DNA of 64,000 bases from Capsulimonadales bacterium (GCA_033762295.1 JANRLW010000083.1:16600-80599), one strand, 5' to 3'. Positions 29,908-39,766 are shown, counted from the stretch's first letter. The notes: a model not told the origin generated them from the sequence alone. A program made the numbers and translations.

Positions 29908-32046
29908 TTGAGACACTTAGTGCTTGGAAGCCTGGGAAGGCGTGTTAGCTGGACGCTGGTCGCGCTCTGGCTGCTGCCTCTCTTTCTCCTGGCGATGCCG
30001 CCCCGACAGGCATACGCACAGTTGAACCGTATCCCGACGGTTGCTGTTCTGGACTTCGGCGTTCTCGCCACGGCTCGCTCCGGCGCTATTCTGGGGCGAA
30101 ATGCAACGGACGCCGTCGTGGTCGAAATGAGCCGGACCGGAAAATACGATCCGTTCTCCCGGACGCAGATCAATCAGCAACTGCAGGAACTCGGCCTGAC
30201 CCAACCGCTGAACAACAACAGCCTCCAGAAACTGGGGCAGGCGCTGGGTGTCGAATATATCGTGACGGGCGACGTCACCGGCGTTTCCTTCACGTCCAAC
30301 CCGCGACGGGCCAAGGTAACCCTTTCGGTCCGCCTGACCGACGTCGTCTCCGGCGACCTTGCGAACGGCGCGATCCAGACCGGTTTCTCCCCGGCGCCTC
30401 CGGCGGGAATGCAACCGGATGATGAGACGCTGATCAATCAGGCGCTCTCCGATGCGGCGTTTAATGCGATCAAAACGATCAATAACTACACCCTCCCTGA
30501 GGCGACCATTCTTCAGACCCGCGATACCACCGAAGTGACCCTGAACCGGGGTGGACGCGACGGTATCACCCCCGGTCTGGAGATGACCATCATTCGCGGA
30601 CGGGATCGTATCGGACGCGTTCAGGTGACCAGCGTCGGTTCCACCGACTCGATCGCCCGTGTTCTCGACTACGGTAAGGGCATCCGACCGGAGGACCGCG
30701 CCCGGGCCGTCTTCAAACTGCCGGGCTACAGCGTCGCAACCGACGGTCTCATCACCTCCACCGTTCCCGACACGACCTCGTACAAGCCCCAGGGACGACG
30801 CGCCAAGCCGATCCTGACGACGATTCTGGCGATCGGCGCGGCCATCTTCCTCGCCCACCTGCTGTTCGATACCAAGTCCCGAACCAATGAGGCGACCGGT
30901 ATCGGAAAGATCGTCGCCCGGGCGTATGCCGAAGGGTCCGCTCCGGCCGCCGGCGATCCGGCCACCGCACGCGTCCTGGTCACATGGGAGCAGGCGTCCG
31001 ATATCCCCTCGCGTAACGTCATCGAATACCATGTCTGGCGCAACAACCAGATCATCGGTGTCTCGACGAACGCCAACCGGACGTTTATCGACGTGCCGAC
31101 CCCGAACTTCACTCAGTTGACCTACACCACCGTCTCTTTCGGGAATCAGCCTCCCGGAAACGGTCCGGGTAACGGTGGGAACACCGCCGGAACGACCACC
31201 GGTGGAAATACGGGTGCGACGACCGGCGGAACCACGACCGGTGGTGGTGTCGGTGGTGGTGTCGGTGGTGGTGTCGGTGGTGGTGTCGGTGGTGGTGTCG
31301 GTGGCGGAGCGAACGCCGGTAACGGCAACTCCTTCCCGATCGGGTTCCTGTCGACCCAGACGGCGAACGTCACCGGCCTCCCCGTCGGTGTTACCAGTAC
31401 CTACCAGATTAATATCGTCTACCAGAAAGTCGTTGCTCCGACCGTCACGACCGGCGGTGGAGGTGTCGGCGGCGGTGTTGGTGGCGGCATCGGCGGCGGT
31501 GGTGTCGGTGGCGGCATCGGCGGCGGCGGTGTCGGTGGCGGTGTCGGTGGCGGTGTCGGTGGTGGCGTCGGCGGCGGTGTTGGTGGTGGCGTCGGTGGTG
31601 GTGTTGCCGGCGGCGGAACCCTCCAGTACCAGGAAACCGCCGTTCGTGCGAGCAGCGGACCGGTCACTCCGATCGCCCGTCCGGCAATCAGCGGTCCGAC
31701 GACCGACCAGGACATCCGACGCGTCGTGGTCCAGTTCGGAACCGTTCAGGGTGCGGACCAGTACGTGTTCGAGTTCGCCAGCGATCCGAGCTTCCGTAAC
31801 AAGACGGTTCGCGGCCCGTTCTTCTTCCCTGTCGCCAGCGGAACGACGAACACCGATCCGCTCGACATCTCCGGAGCATTCGCCTCGCTGAACAGTAACT
31901 CGCCGATCTACTTCCGGGTGGGCGCGAGATCGTCCAACGACCAGCCGGGACCGCTCGGAACCGGTACGCCGAACGGTGGGGATTACATCTATTCCGCCAC
32001 ACCGTTCTCGTTCAAGAAGACCCTGACCCCGCCGAACCAACCCTAG
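29908..32046 (+). CDS. Exported CsgG/TolB-N-like plus FlgT-C-like protein with internal hydrophobic helix, FN3-like region and (GGGV)n inserts
   Basis: GGAGGA RBS and TTG start; signal peptide; 'TVAVLDF...LQKLGQALGVEYIVTGDV...SVRLTDVVSG'; 'VTLNRGGRDGITPGLEMTIIRG'; 'RRAKPILTTILAIGAAIFLAHLLF'. Confidence 0.8.
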   Translation: MRHLVLGSLGRRVSWTLVALWLLPLFLLAMPPRQAYAQLNRIPTVAVLDFGVLATARSGAILGRNATDAVVVEMSRTGKYDPFSRTQINQQLQELGLTQPLNNNSLQKLGQALGVEYIVTGDVTGVSFTSNPRRAKVTLSVRLTDVVSGDLANGAIQTGFSPAPPAGMQPDDETLINQALSDAAFNAIKTINNYTLPEATILQTRDTTEVTLNRGGRDGITPGLEMTIIRGRDRIGRVQVTSVGSTDSIARVLDYGKGIRPEDRARAVFKLPGYSVATDGLITSTVPDTTSYKPQGRRAKPILTTILAIGAAIFLAHLLFDTKSRTNEATGIGKIVARAYAEGSAPAAGDPATARVLVTWEQASDIPSRNVIEYHVWRNNQIIGVSTNANRTFIDVPTPNFTQLTYTTVSFGNQPPGNGPGNGGNTAGTTTGGNTGATTGGTTTGGGVGGGVGGGVGGGVGGGVGGGANAGNGNSFPIGFLSTQTANVTGLPVGVTSTYQINIVYQKVVAPTVTTGGGGVGGGVGGGIGGGGVGGGIGGGGVGGGVGGGVGGGVGGGVGGGVGGGVAGGGTLQYQETAVRASSGPVTPIARPAISGPTTDQDIRRVVVQFGTVQGADQYVFEFASDPSFRNKTVRGPFFFPVASGTTNTDPLDISGAFASLNSNSPIYFRVGARSSNDQPGPLGTGTPNGGDYIYSATPFSFKKTLTPPNQP
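31240..31299 (+). repeat. Coding tandem repeat, 5 perfect copies of GGTGGTGGTGTC (GGGV)
   Basis: Counted directly from the sequence. Confidence 0.95.
31453..31617 (+). repeat. Coding degenerate repeat, (GGG[G]V/I)n, 55 codons
   Basis: Translation GGGGVGGGVGGGIGGGGV...VAGGG with mixed synonymous codons. Confidence 0.93.
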
Positions 32047-32065
32047 TCGGATCGGCTCCGCAGGA

Positions 32066-32097
32066 GGGAAAGGGACGCCGGTTGGCGTCCCTTTCCC
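32066..32097 (+). terminator. Strong hairpin after the CsgG-like gene
   Basis: GGGAAAGGGACGCC-GGTT-GGCGTCCCTTTCCC, 14-bp stem; a second small hairpin lies at 32101-32120. Confidence 0.65.
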
Positions 32098-32267
32098 GGA
32101 GAAGGCGAAATAACGCCTTCGGTCTTTCGGATACGTTTTCGTGTGCCATACAGGAGGACCGAAACGCCTGGTGGCAAACGCCATTGTCGACAAACTGAAA
32201 CCCTGGCCCGGTGAAGGCGGGTTGATCAATAGCAGGCACACGACAGAAAGCCTACTGGTAACATTAC

Positions 32268-35200
32268 ATGAGAAAGAACCTACGTCGTATCAGAGCCAAT
32301 TCCTCTGCTACACGGATGCTGGCAGGACTGGCTGTTACGTTATGCCTTGCCTCGCTGGCCTTCGCTGGCGACCCGCCCGTTCCCAAAATCCAGGCGGGCG
32401 AAATCATCGTCAAGGTCGCTCCGGGCACGACGATCGACGCCGCCCGGCAACTGGCCGCCGACTCGGGATGTGAACTCCTGCGCTCCATTCCGTACGCCCC
32501 GAACTACTACGTGTTCCGGGCGGTCAAGTATGGGAACCTTACCGAGAAGCTGGTCGCCGAGGTCGATGACGATACTCGGACCGCGATCGGGAAACTGAAA
32601 TCCGTTCCCGGAGTCCTTGCGGCCGATCCCAACTATATTATCAACAAAGCGTTCGTCGAGAAGCCGGTTGTCCCGCTGCGCCCACAGACGGGCAACGCCA
32701 CGACCGCGGCGTCCCGGGCGACCGCGCCGCCCGACCCCTGGCGGTTCACCCCCAATGACGCTCTGTACGGGCGGCAGTACGGTCTGCCGATGATCCGAAT
32801 GCCGGAGGCCTGGAGTATCCAGTCCTCCGCGCGACGGGTGATTGTCGGGGTCGCCGATTCCGGTATCGATGTCGGACATCCCGACTTCGCCACGGCGGAC
32901 GGAACCGGGACACGTATCGTCGGAGGCCGGAACTTCTTCCCGGACGGCACGGGCGGAGCCGTCGATCCGAACGATATTCAGGATCGCGGTGGCCACGGAA
33001 CCCACGTTTCCGGTACGGTCGGAGCCACGACCAATAACGCGATCGGGGTCGCCAGTGTCGCCGGGTACAACGGCGGCGGGGTCGATGTGCAGTTCCGGGT
33101 CGCCCGCGTCTTCGGTCAGGCGGTCGGCGCGACCACCGATGTCGTGGTCAGCGGCGTCGGCTACCTCGTTGACCAGAACGTCGATGTCATCAACCTCAGT
33201 CTCGGCGGGTATGGCGACGTAACGGCCATGCGCGACGTGATCGCTCGGGGTATCGCCCAGGGAATCACCATCGTCGCCTCCCTGGGGAACGACGGATTCG
33301 ATACCGCACAACTTCCTTCGTTTCCCGCCTCCTATCCGGGAGTGATCGCCGTCTCCGCGGTCAGCATTGACCGTCGTCTGGCCTCTTACTCCAACTTCGG
33401 CGGAGTGGTTGCGATCGGCGCCCCCGGCGGCGACACCGCCAACCCCAACATCAATCTCTTCGATCAGCAGATCTGGTCGACCTGGCCCCGAACCGAACCC
33501 AATTTCGGCGGCGTGGCCGGGTACGAAGCCATCAGCGGAACGTCGATGGCCGCACCGCACGTTACCGGTGCCGTCGCTCTGCTGCTGGCGGCCGGTGCGC
33601 CCCGCAATCCGGCGACCATCAAGGCCGTTCTTCAGGATAATGCCCAGCGACTTCCGGATGACGTCCCGAACAATGCGGGTGGCAACAAATACGGCGCGGG
33701 TCTTCTGGACGTCTACTCGGCGTTGCTGAACTACGCCGACCCCGCGTTCCGCATCGGATTCGTCGGGGACCTGGACCTCGGATCGTTTTATTCCTCCCAG
33801 CTTCCCGCTTTCCAGGTGCGCGCCATCGGTATCACCCGTGCCCCGGCGGCAGGAGCGGTCCGAATCGAGATTCAGAGCGCGACAATCCCGGTCAGCGTGG
33901 TACGAACCCTGGTCGAAGGGACCGATTTCACGATCCCGCGGACGCTCGGACCTTCCCAACCGAAGGCGACCGTCGTGACGGTCACCGCCGGAGGAGCGAA
34001 CCTGAACCTGGCTCCCGGACGGTATAAGGCCGTTCTGAAAATCGGCGATGAAGTCTTCGGCAACCAGTTCTTCGAGATCATCTCTCGGACCCAGACGGCG
34101 GTGCGTTCGCTTTTCTCGTTCCCCTTCAAGGTCCGGTCCGTCATTCCGACCAATCCGGAGCAGGCGGTGTTCAACCCGGCTGTCTTTTCGCTGGCACGGT
34201 ACAACTCGCAGCGCTCCGCGACCGGTCCGGACTACCTGATCTATCGCTCGAACGGCAGTTCGAACGATCCCGGCGCCCGTTTCTCGGCGACCTTTACCGA
34301 CAACTCTCCGATCGTTTTCGAGGTGACCGACCCGACGACCTCGATTGCGCCGGTCGGTCTCGGGTACTGGCTCGATCTGGATAGGCCGGTGACCCTCAAT
34401 ACGGTCGGTCCCGTGGCCGCCAATGCGGTCGGAATCCGTCTGACCTCCGCCGCCGGTGGCTGGAACCTGATCGGTGCGCCGTTCACCAAGCCGTCCGCCT
34501 GGGGGACCGTGTCGGTTCTCTACAACAACACGACCTACAGCCTGAACGACGCGATCATTCAGGGGGTCATCTCCAGCGCACTGGTCGGCTATGTCAACGG
34601 CGACTATGTGTATAACATTGCGCCGAACGGGAATCTGGAGCCGTTCCAGGGATACTGGGTGCATGTCCTCCGGGACTGTACGTTGATCATCGCGCCGACC
34701 AACGTCGGACGGTCCGTTACCGGACTGGTGCCGACCCGCCAGGCGATCACGCAGGACAAGAGCGGATGGCGCGCCCGCTTTATGGCGACCGTGGCCGGTG
34801 ACCGGGATGGTCAGAACTACTTCGGCCAGGCCTCCTCGGCGTCCGAAGGAAACGACCTGCTCGATATTCCCAAGCCGCCGACGGGCTCAGGACATGCGTA
34901 TGTCCGGTTCCTGACGCCGGTTGGAGAAGGGCGCTCGGTTCCGAATGCGTTCGATATCCGCCCGCTCGACACCGGGTCGAAGACCGAGTGGACGGCGGCG
35001 GTCAGCACCGACCGGATCAACGCCGATGTCACCGTGACCTGGGACGGACTGGGGAACGTGCCGCGCCGCAATATTCTGACTCTGACCGATACGGCGACGG
35101 GACGCAAGATCGATATGCGGAACCGGTCGTCCTATACGTTCAAGTCGGGCGAGGCGGGGACCACCCGGAAATTCACGATCACTCTGTCGTCCGCGCGAAG

Positions 35201-35516
35201 CGCCGGTCTCCTCGCGATCAATAATGTCGCGGTCTCCGGCGGACGAAGCACGGCGCAGGCCGGAATCGCCGTTCGTTTCAGTGTCACTGCCGAAGCGGAA
35301 ATCACGGGAACGATCAAATCGCTTACCGGGGTGAAGGTCGGTTCTCTGACCGGGGTCAGTCGTGCAGTGACAGGGGGGACTAACACTCTGCGCTGGGACG
35401 GCCGATCTCAAAGCGGAGCCGTACTGCCGCCCGGACCTTACCTGCTTGAAATCACCGCCCGTTCGGCAGACGGACAGACCGCGACCTTCAAGCAGCCGGT
35501 CCAGATGATGCACTGA
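32268..35516 (+). CDS. Exported S8 subtilase with prodomain, shared C-terminal module and FlgD-like Ig tail
   Basis: Signal peptide; prodomain 'GEIIVKV...ADPNY'; triad motifs 'VGVADSGID', 'GHGTHVSG', 'SGTSMAAPHV'; tail 'LRWDGRSQSGAVLPPGPYLLEITA'. Confidence 0.92.
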   Translation: MRKNLRRIRANSSATRMLAGLAVTLCLASLAFAGDPPVPKIQAGEIIVKVAPGTTIDAARQLAADSGCELLRSIPYAPNYYVFRAVKYGNLTEKLVAEVDDDTRTAIGKLKSVPGVLAADPNYIINKAFVEKPVVPLRPQTGNATTAASRATAPPDPWRFTPNDALYGRQYGLPMIRMPEAWSIQSSARRVIVGVADSGIDVGHPDFATADGTGTRIVGGRNFFPDGTGGAVDPNDIQDRGGHGTHVSGTVGATTNNAIGVASVAGYNGGGVDVQFRVARVFGQAVGATTDVVVSGVGYLVDQNVDVINLSLGGYGDVTAMRDVIARGIAQGITIVASLGNDGFDTAQLPSFPASYPGVIAVSAVSIDRRLASYSNFGGVVAIGAPGGDTANPNINLFDQQIWSTWPRTEPNFGGVAGYEAISGTSMAAPHVTGAVALLLAAGAPRNPATIKAVLQDNAQRLPDDVPNNAGGNKYGAGLLDVYSALLNYADPAFRIGFVGDLDLGSFYSSQLPAFQVRAIGITRAPAAGAVRIEIQSATIPVSVVRTLVEGTDFTIPRTLGPSQPKATVVTVTAGGANLNLAPGRYKAVLKIGDEVFGNQFFEIISRTQTAVRSLFSFPFKVRSVIPTNPEQAVFNPAVFSLARYNSQRSATGPDYLIYRSNGSSNDPGARFSATFTDNSPIVFEVTDPTTSIAPVGLGYWLDLDRPVTLNTVGPVAANAVGIRLTSAAGGWNLIGAPFTKPSAWGTVSVLYNNTTYSLNDAIIQGVISSALVGYVNGDYVYNIAPNGNLEPFQGYWVHVLRDCTLIIAPTNVGRSVTGLVPTRQAITQDKSGWRARFMATVAGDRDGQNYFGQASSASEGNDLLDIPKPPTGSGHAYVRFLTPVGEGRSVPNAFDIRPLDTGSKTEWTAAVSTDRINADVTVTWDGLGNVPRRNILTLTDTATGRKIDMRNRSSYTFKSGEAGTTRKFTITLSSARSAGLLAINNVAVSGGRSTAQAGIAVRFSVTAEAEITGTIKSLTGVKVGSLTGVSRAVTGGTNTLRWDGRSQSGAVLPPGPYLLEITARSADGQTATFKQPVQMMH

Positions 35517-35616
35517 GGACGAGTCGCCTTCGCCCGGTCCTTCGCCTGACCTGTCCTGCCGGACGGGGAATGCGCCGATCGGGCGATCCGAATCAACAAC
35601 AGGAGATGCTTTCTCA

Positions 35617-38600
35617 ATGGCGATTTTCGCTGCAACCATAAAAGGCCGTTCGGAGAACCGACGCGTCCGGCGCGCCGGGCAAGCAACCGGTCGGGGTCGC
35701 GCCCTCATTGGCGCCCTTGCCGTAGTGCCTGCCCTCGCCCTTGCCGGTCCGGCAACGGCCCAGACCGTCGGCAACCAGGGAGCGGTCAGCGGTTCCCGGG
35801 TGCTCTTTGAGTTTTTCGGATATGGTGGCCTGGTCCAACCGAACAACACCGATGCTACCAACCCGACGCTGGTTCCGATCCAGGATGCCGTTTTCGGGTT
35901 TATCAAGAACCCGTACCTGGGCGTCGTCGTCGGCATCGGCGGCACCTACGGAGTCAGCTGGCCCGCCGGAACCAGTTCGGTTACCGCCACCCACAACGTT
36001 GCCGGGATGCTCACGTTCGGAAACGTGGACGGTAGTTCCCGGTTCTCGACCGATAACCTTCAGGCGCTGAACGGGTTCAACTATTTCGCCGGGGCCTACG
36101 AAATCTATGACACCGCCTCCGGTCGGCCGTTCGGCTATGGCGTCTGGCCGCTACCCGGTTGGTGGGAAATCACGAGCGGCGGTTTCATTACCTACGAATA
36201 TTCGGCCTATACCCGGATTCAACTGGACGATACCGTCACCAATGTGATGGGGTCCAACGGGGTCATCACCGAGCCGCAGATGATCAACAGCGTCCTCAGG
36301 ACGCCCTATGATGTCGGAAGCAACGTCCAGGTCGAACAGCAGATTCGCCTCTACCGGGCGACGGCCCAGTTGCGCTGGCGGATTACCAACAACGATACCG
36401 CGCCGCATACGGTCCGTCTGCGATTCACCGTGAACGTCCGCCCCGGCGTCCTGGCCGGTTCGACCGACACATCCAGAACCGGGTACTACTTCCTCGATGG
36501 GAACGGGCTGGTCTCCGATAACGCCCGTATCCTGACCGCCGCCGGTATTCCGGACCAGTTGACCGTCTACGGGAAGCGGTACGAGGTCGACAGCACGATC
36601 GACCCGCCGTTCGCCGCCCGCCATACGCTGCGTGGGTTCGGCGCGACGATTCCGGAACGGGTGGTTCTGGCGCATCCCTTCGAACTGCGTCCGAATGTCG
36701 GCGGATTCTATCTGAACAGCTTCAACCGACCCAAACTTTCGGACGGCGTGGCGACGGCGGTCTACTTCGGGCCGTACACGCTGGCCCCCGGAGCGACCCA
36801 GGAAGTCGTCACCTACTACGGCAACGGATCGCCGACCGAAATTCCCAACAACGACTTCGTCATCTCCGCCGATGGGCCGGAAGCTCTGGCTTACAATGCG
36901 AACGCCGTAAACGATCCGACGATCGCCGGGAACGTCGCCAAAGATCCGAACCAGGCGATTCCGAAATTCCTGTCGCCGAGTCCGTTCACCCTCTACGGGT
37001 CCATCTACAACTGGACCCCGCGCGACCCGCTGAACGCCGTCGGCATCACGAACGTCCGCGCCTCGCTGACACTGCCGACCGGCCTGGTGCTGGTGAGCGG
37101 AGAGACCGCCGAAAAGCTTGTGAACGGGAACGGAAATCTGGCCGCCGACACCGGAGCGGATATCGGCTGGGCGGTTGTTCCGACCGGAGACGCGTTCGGA
37201 ACTCTGGCCTATCAGATCAACATGGCCACGAACGAATTTGGCTCCCGCCAGATTACCCGTTCGATCAACGTTCCGGCCACACCGTTCCGACGTGTTACCG
37301 AGAACACCTTCCAGATGATCGGCTTCCCGTTCGAGTTCGACACCACCACGTCGAATAACGCCGATCCATCGACGGTTGTCAACGGTCTGACCAGCCCGGC
37401 CGATGATCCGGTCGTGTTCTATCAGTATGTCCCCGACCCGCAGAACGCGAACGGCCTGGGACGATACGTCGTCGCCAATCGGCTCCAAACCGGCATCGGC
37501 TACTTCTACAAGCCGAACCTGACGCGAACGATCTACGCCAGGGGCGTCAAGCCGCTCGCCGGGCAGGCGAACACCGGGGTTACGGATTTCAGCAACGCCA
37601 ACCAGCGACAGCTAAACCTGGCCCGCGGATGGAATATCATCTCGAACCCGTATCTCTACGATATTCCGCTTCGCTCGCTGCGGTTTGTTACCAACATCAA
37701 CAGCAACCCGGTTTCCCAGAACTTCACTGAGGCCGTTCGCAACGGCGTGATTCGGGGCGGCGTTTTCTACCTCTCCACCGTGACCGGCAGCTACGATTTC
37801 TTCGAAGACACGGCGTTGCCGCTGAAGCCCTGGGAAGGTTACTGGATCTTCACGACCCAACCGATTACCCTGATCTACTCCCTGCCGACCCAGCGTCAGT
37901 CCGCGATTCTGCCCGCTCCCGGTGCGGACCCGAACCCGCCGACCCGCGGGGTCATCGCCTCCGGGCGAGCGATGGTCGCCCGGCCGACCGATGAGAACTG
38001 GCGGCTCCAGATTGTCGCCCGGAAGGGGAACGAACAAAACGACCGCGCGACCATCCTGGGGGTCAATACGGACCGAAGCGTCACCGACGCGGAGCGAACC
38101 GTCCCGAAACCGCCCGCCGGTGTCTCCGATTATGTGTACGTCGGCGTGGTTCGCCCGGAGACGTCCACCACCCGATTTGCCAAGGACATCCGGGCGACGG
38201 GTCGGACCAACGAATGGGAACTGGAAGTGTCCGCCGACCAGGATGGCCCGGTGACGCTGACCTGGCCAAACATCGGCACCCTGCCCCGCCGCCTGACGCT
38301 GTCGCTGAAGGATAAGGAGACCGGACGCGCCTACGCGATGCGCTCCTCCTCGTCCGTCACGATCAACGTCCGCAAAGGACAGCCGACCCGCGTCGTGGTG
38401 ACCGCGAAACAGGCCTCGGCCCAACCGCTCACGATCACCAATGTGCAGATTGTCGGAGGCCGTGGTCAGGCGGGTGGAAGCCGTTCCTTCGCGTTCAGCC
38501 TGAGCCGCGCCGCGACGGTCACCGGGAAGGTCAAAACCATCACCGGGAAAACCGTGGCGACCCTGGCGGTAAGCCGGGCGGCGAGTTCGGGAACCAACCG

Positions 38601-38730
38601 ACTGCAATGGAACGGACGAGCGGAGAACGGATCGATGATTCCGCCGGGGCCGTACAAGATCGAAATCGTCGCTCAGGACGATTCCGGCGAGACGGCTTCG
38701 CGCACCCAGCCCTTCATGACTATTGAATAG
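35617..38730 (+). CDS. Exported 1037-aa protein of unknown function with shared C-terminal module and FlgD-like Ig tail
   Basis: AGGAG RBS; signal peptide '...ALAGPATA'; beta-rich N-terminal half; tail 'LQWNGRAENGSMIPPGPYKIEIVA'. Confidence 0.85.
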   Translation: MAIFAATIKGRSENRRVRRAGQATGRGRALIGALAVVPALALAGPATAQTVGNQGAVSGSRVLFEFFGYGGLVQPNNTDATNPTLVPIQDAVFGFIKNPYLGVVVGIGGTYGVSWPAGTSSVTATHNVAGMLTFGNVDGSSRFSTDNLQALNGFNYFAGAYEIYDTASGRPFGYGVWPLPGWWEITSGGFITYEYSAYTRIQLDDTVTNVMGSNGVITEPQMINSVLRTPYDVGSNVQVEQQIRLYRATAQLRWRITNNDTAPHTVRLRFTVNVRPGVLAGSTDTSRTGYYFLDGNGLVSDNARILTAAGIPDQLTVYGKRYEVDSTIDPPFAARHTLRGFGATIPERVVLAHPFELRPNVGGFYLNSFNRPKLSDGVATAVYFGPYTLAPGATQEVVTYYGNGSPTEIPNNDFVISADGPEALAYNANAVNDPTIAGNVAKDPNQAIPKFLSPSPFTLYGSIYNWTPRDPLNAVGITNVRASLTLPTGLVLVSGETAEKLVNGNGNLAADTGADIGWAVVPTGDAFGTLAYQINMATNEFGSRQITRSINVPATPFRRVTENTFQMIGFPFEFDTTTSNNADPSTVVNGLTSPADDPVVFYQYVPDPQNANGLGRYVVANRLQTGIGYFYKPNLTRTIYARGVKPLAGQANTGVTDFSNANQRQLNLARGWNIISNPYLYDIPLRSLRFVTNINSNPVSQNFTEAVRNGVIRGGVFYLSTVTGSYDFFEDTALPLKPWEGYWIFTTQPITLIYSLPTQRQSAILPAPGADPNPPTRGVIASGRAMVARPTDENWRLQIVARKGNEQNDRATILGVNTDRSVTDAERTVPKPPAGVSDYVYVGVVRPETSTTRFAKDIRATGRTNEWELEVSADQDGPVTLTWPNIGTLPRRLTLSLKDKETGRAYAMRSSSSVTINVRKGQPTRVVVTAKQASAQPLTITNVQIVGGRGQAGGSRSFAFSLSRAATVTGKVKTITGKTVATLAVSRAASSGTNRLQWNGRAENGSMIPPGPYKIEIVAQDDSGETASRTQPFMTIE

Positions 38731-38880
38731 GAGGACAACACCGGGATGGAGGCGAAAAATACTCCATCCTGGTGTAGCCATTTCGGAAGGACGTCGAGCG
38801 GGTTTCAAGCCAAAACCATCGGAAAACCGATACGAAAACGAACTTGAGACCTTGCCGGGACGGAAGGACGGACATCAGGC

Positions 38881-39663
38881 ATGACGCAAACTATGAAAAA
38901 AACCTCTCTTGGAGCGACAGGGATTCTGGCTGCCACTCTCCTGTTGACGGCGACCCTTCAAGCTCCCGCATATTCACAGCAGACAACCGCTTCGTCGCAA
39001 TCGGCGAAGTCCATGACCGCCGGAGTCAAACCGCTGCCGACCAACGTCCTGTTGTTCCCGGCGGTCATCATCGGCGCGGATAACGCCGTGGCCAAGGAAA
39101 CGCCGGCGACCAAGGTGGCGGGCGAAATCGTCACCGAAGCGGTCCGCAAATATCTCACCCTCGGCGGCGTCGGGGTTGTGGTCTACAGCAACCGCCTCCC
39201 CAGCGTTCAGCGCGCGGTCAACGAAGGCCAGGGAATCTCGCCGACCGATGCGGTGAAAGGACCCGCCGACGATGCGCGCGTCGCACAGAAGCTGGCGGAG
39301 GTGACCGGAGCGTCCGAGTACATCACCATCTCCGTGGATAACTACAATTTCGATCCGCAGACCCGCCGCGCCACGTTCAACCTGAGCCTCGAACGCAAAG
39401 CGGCAGACGGCTCCGCCATCTCCTCCGCCGCCGAAAAGGCGGTGGGCGAATCGCCGGCCGATGTCTCCGGACCCCAGCAGCAGGAATCGGCGATTGCCCG
39501 GGCGGCCGAGGAAGTCGCCGAAAAGAGCGTCATCGACGTCTTTCCGCAGTCCGCCGTGCTGATCAACCCTCCCAAGGTCGCGGAAAAGAAGAAGAAGCGA
39601 TCCAACCTTGGCTGGCTGATTCCCGTCGTCACTCTGGGCGGCATCCTCGCGGCGCCGCGCTGA
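38881..39663 (+). CDS. Exported alpha/beta (CsgG/TolB-N-like) protein with basic + hydrophobic C-terminal tail
   Basis: Signal peptide; 'VLLFP...AQKLAEVTGASEYITISVDNY'; C-terminus 'KKKKRSNLGWLIPVVTLGGILAAPR'. Fold call is tentative. Confidence 0.7.
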   Translation: MTQTMKKTSLGATGILAATLLLTATLQAPAYSQQTTASSQSAKSMTAGVKPLPTNVLLFPAVIIGADNAVAKETPATKVAGEIVTEAVRKYLTLGGVGVVVYSNRLPSVQRAVNEGQGISPTDAVKGPADDARVAQKLAEVTGASEYITISVDNYNFDPQTRRATFNLSLERKAADGSAISSAAEKAVGESPADVSGPQQQESAIARAAEEVAEKSVIDVFPQSAVLINPPKVAEKKKKRSNLGWLIPVVTLGGILAAPR

Positions 39664-39766
39664 TCCGACCGAAAACCGTCCGGGGCACGTTCATTAGGAT
39701 GGCTGCCCCGGGCTGACCCTGTCGGGACCCGCCCGGAGGCGGTCCGCCCCGGCACCTCTCCGTAAA

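Noticed and set aside
31240..31617. Tandem repeats as a CRISPR array or a proline-rich antisense gene
   Set aside because: No spacers and no cas genes; the repeats are in-frame Gly-Val codons, and the PPPT ORFs are their antisense shadow.
22703..38730. Flagellar (FlgD/FlgT) or curli (CsgG) operon
   Set aside because: Only isolated domain resemblances inside much larger proteins; no other flagellar or csg genes in the window.
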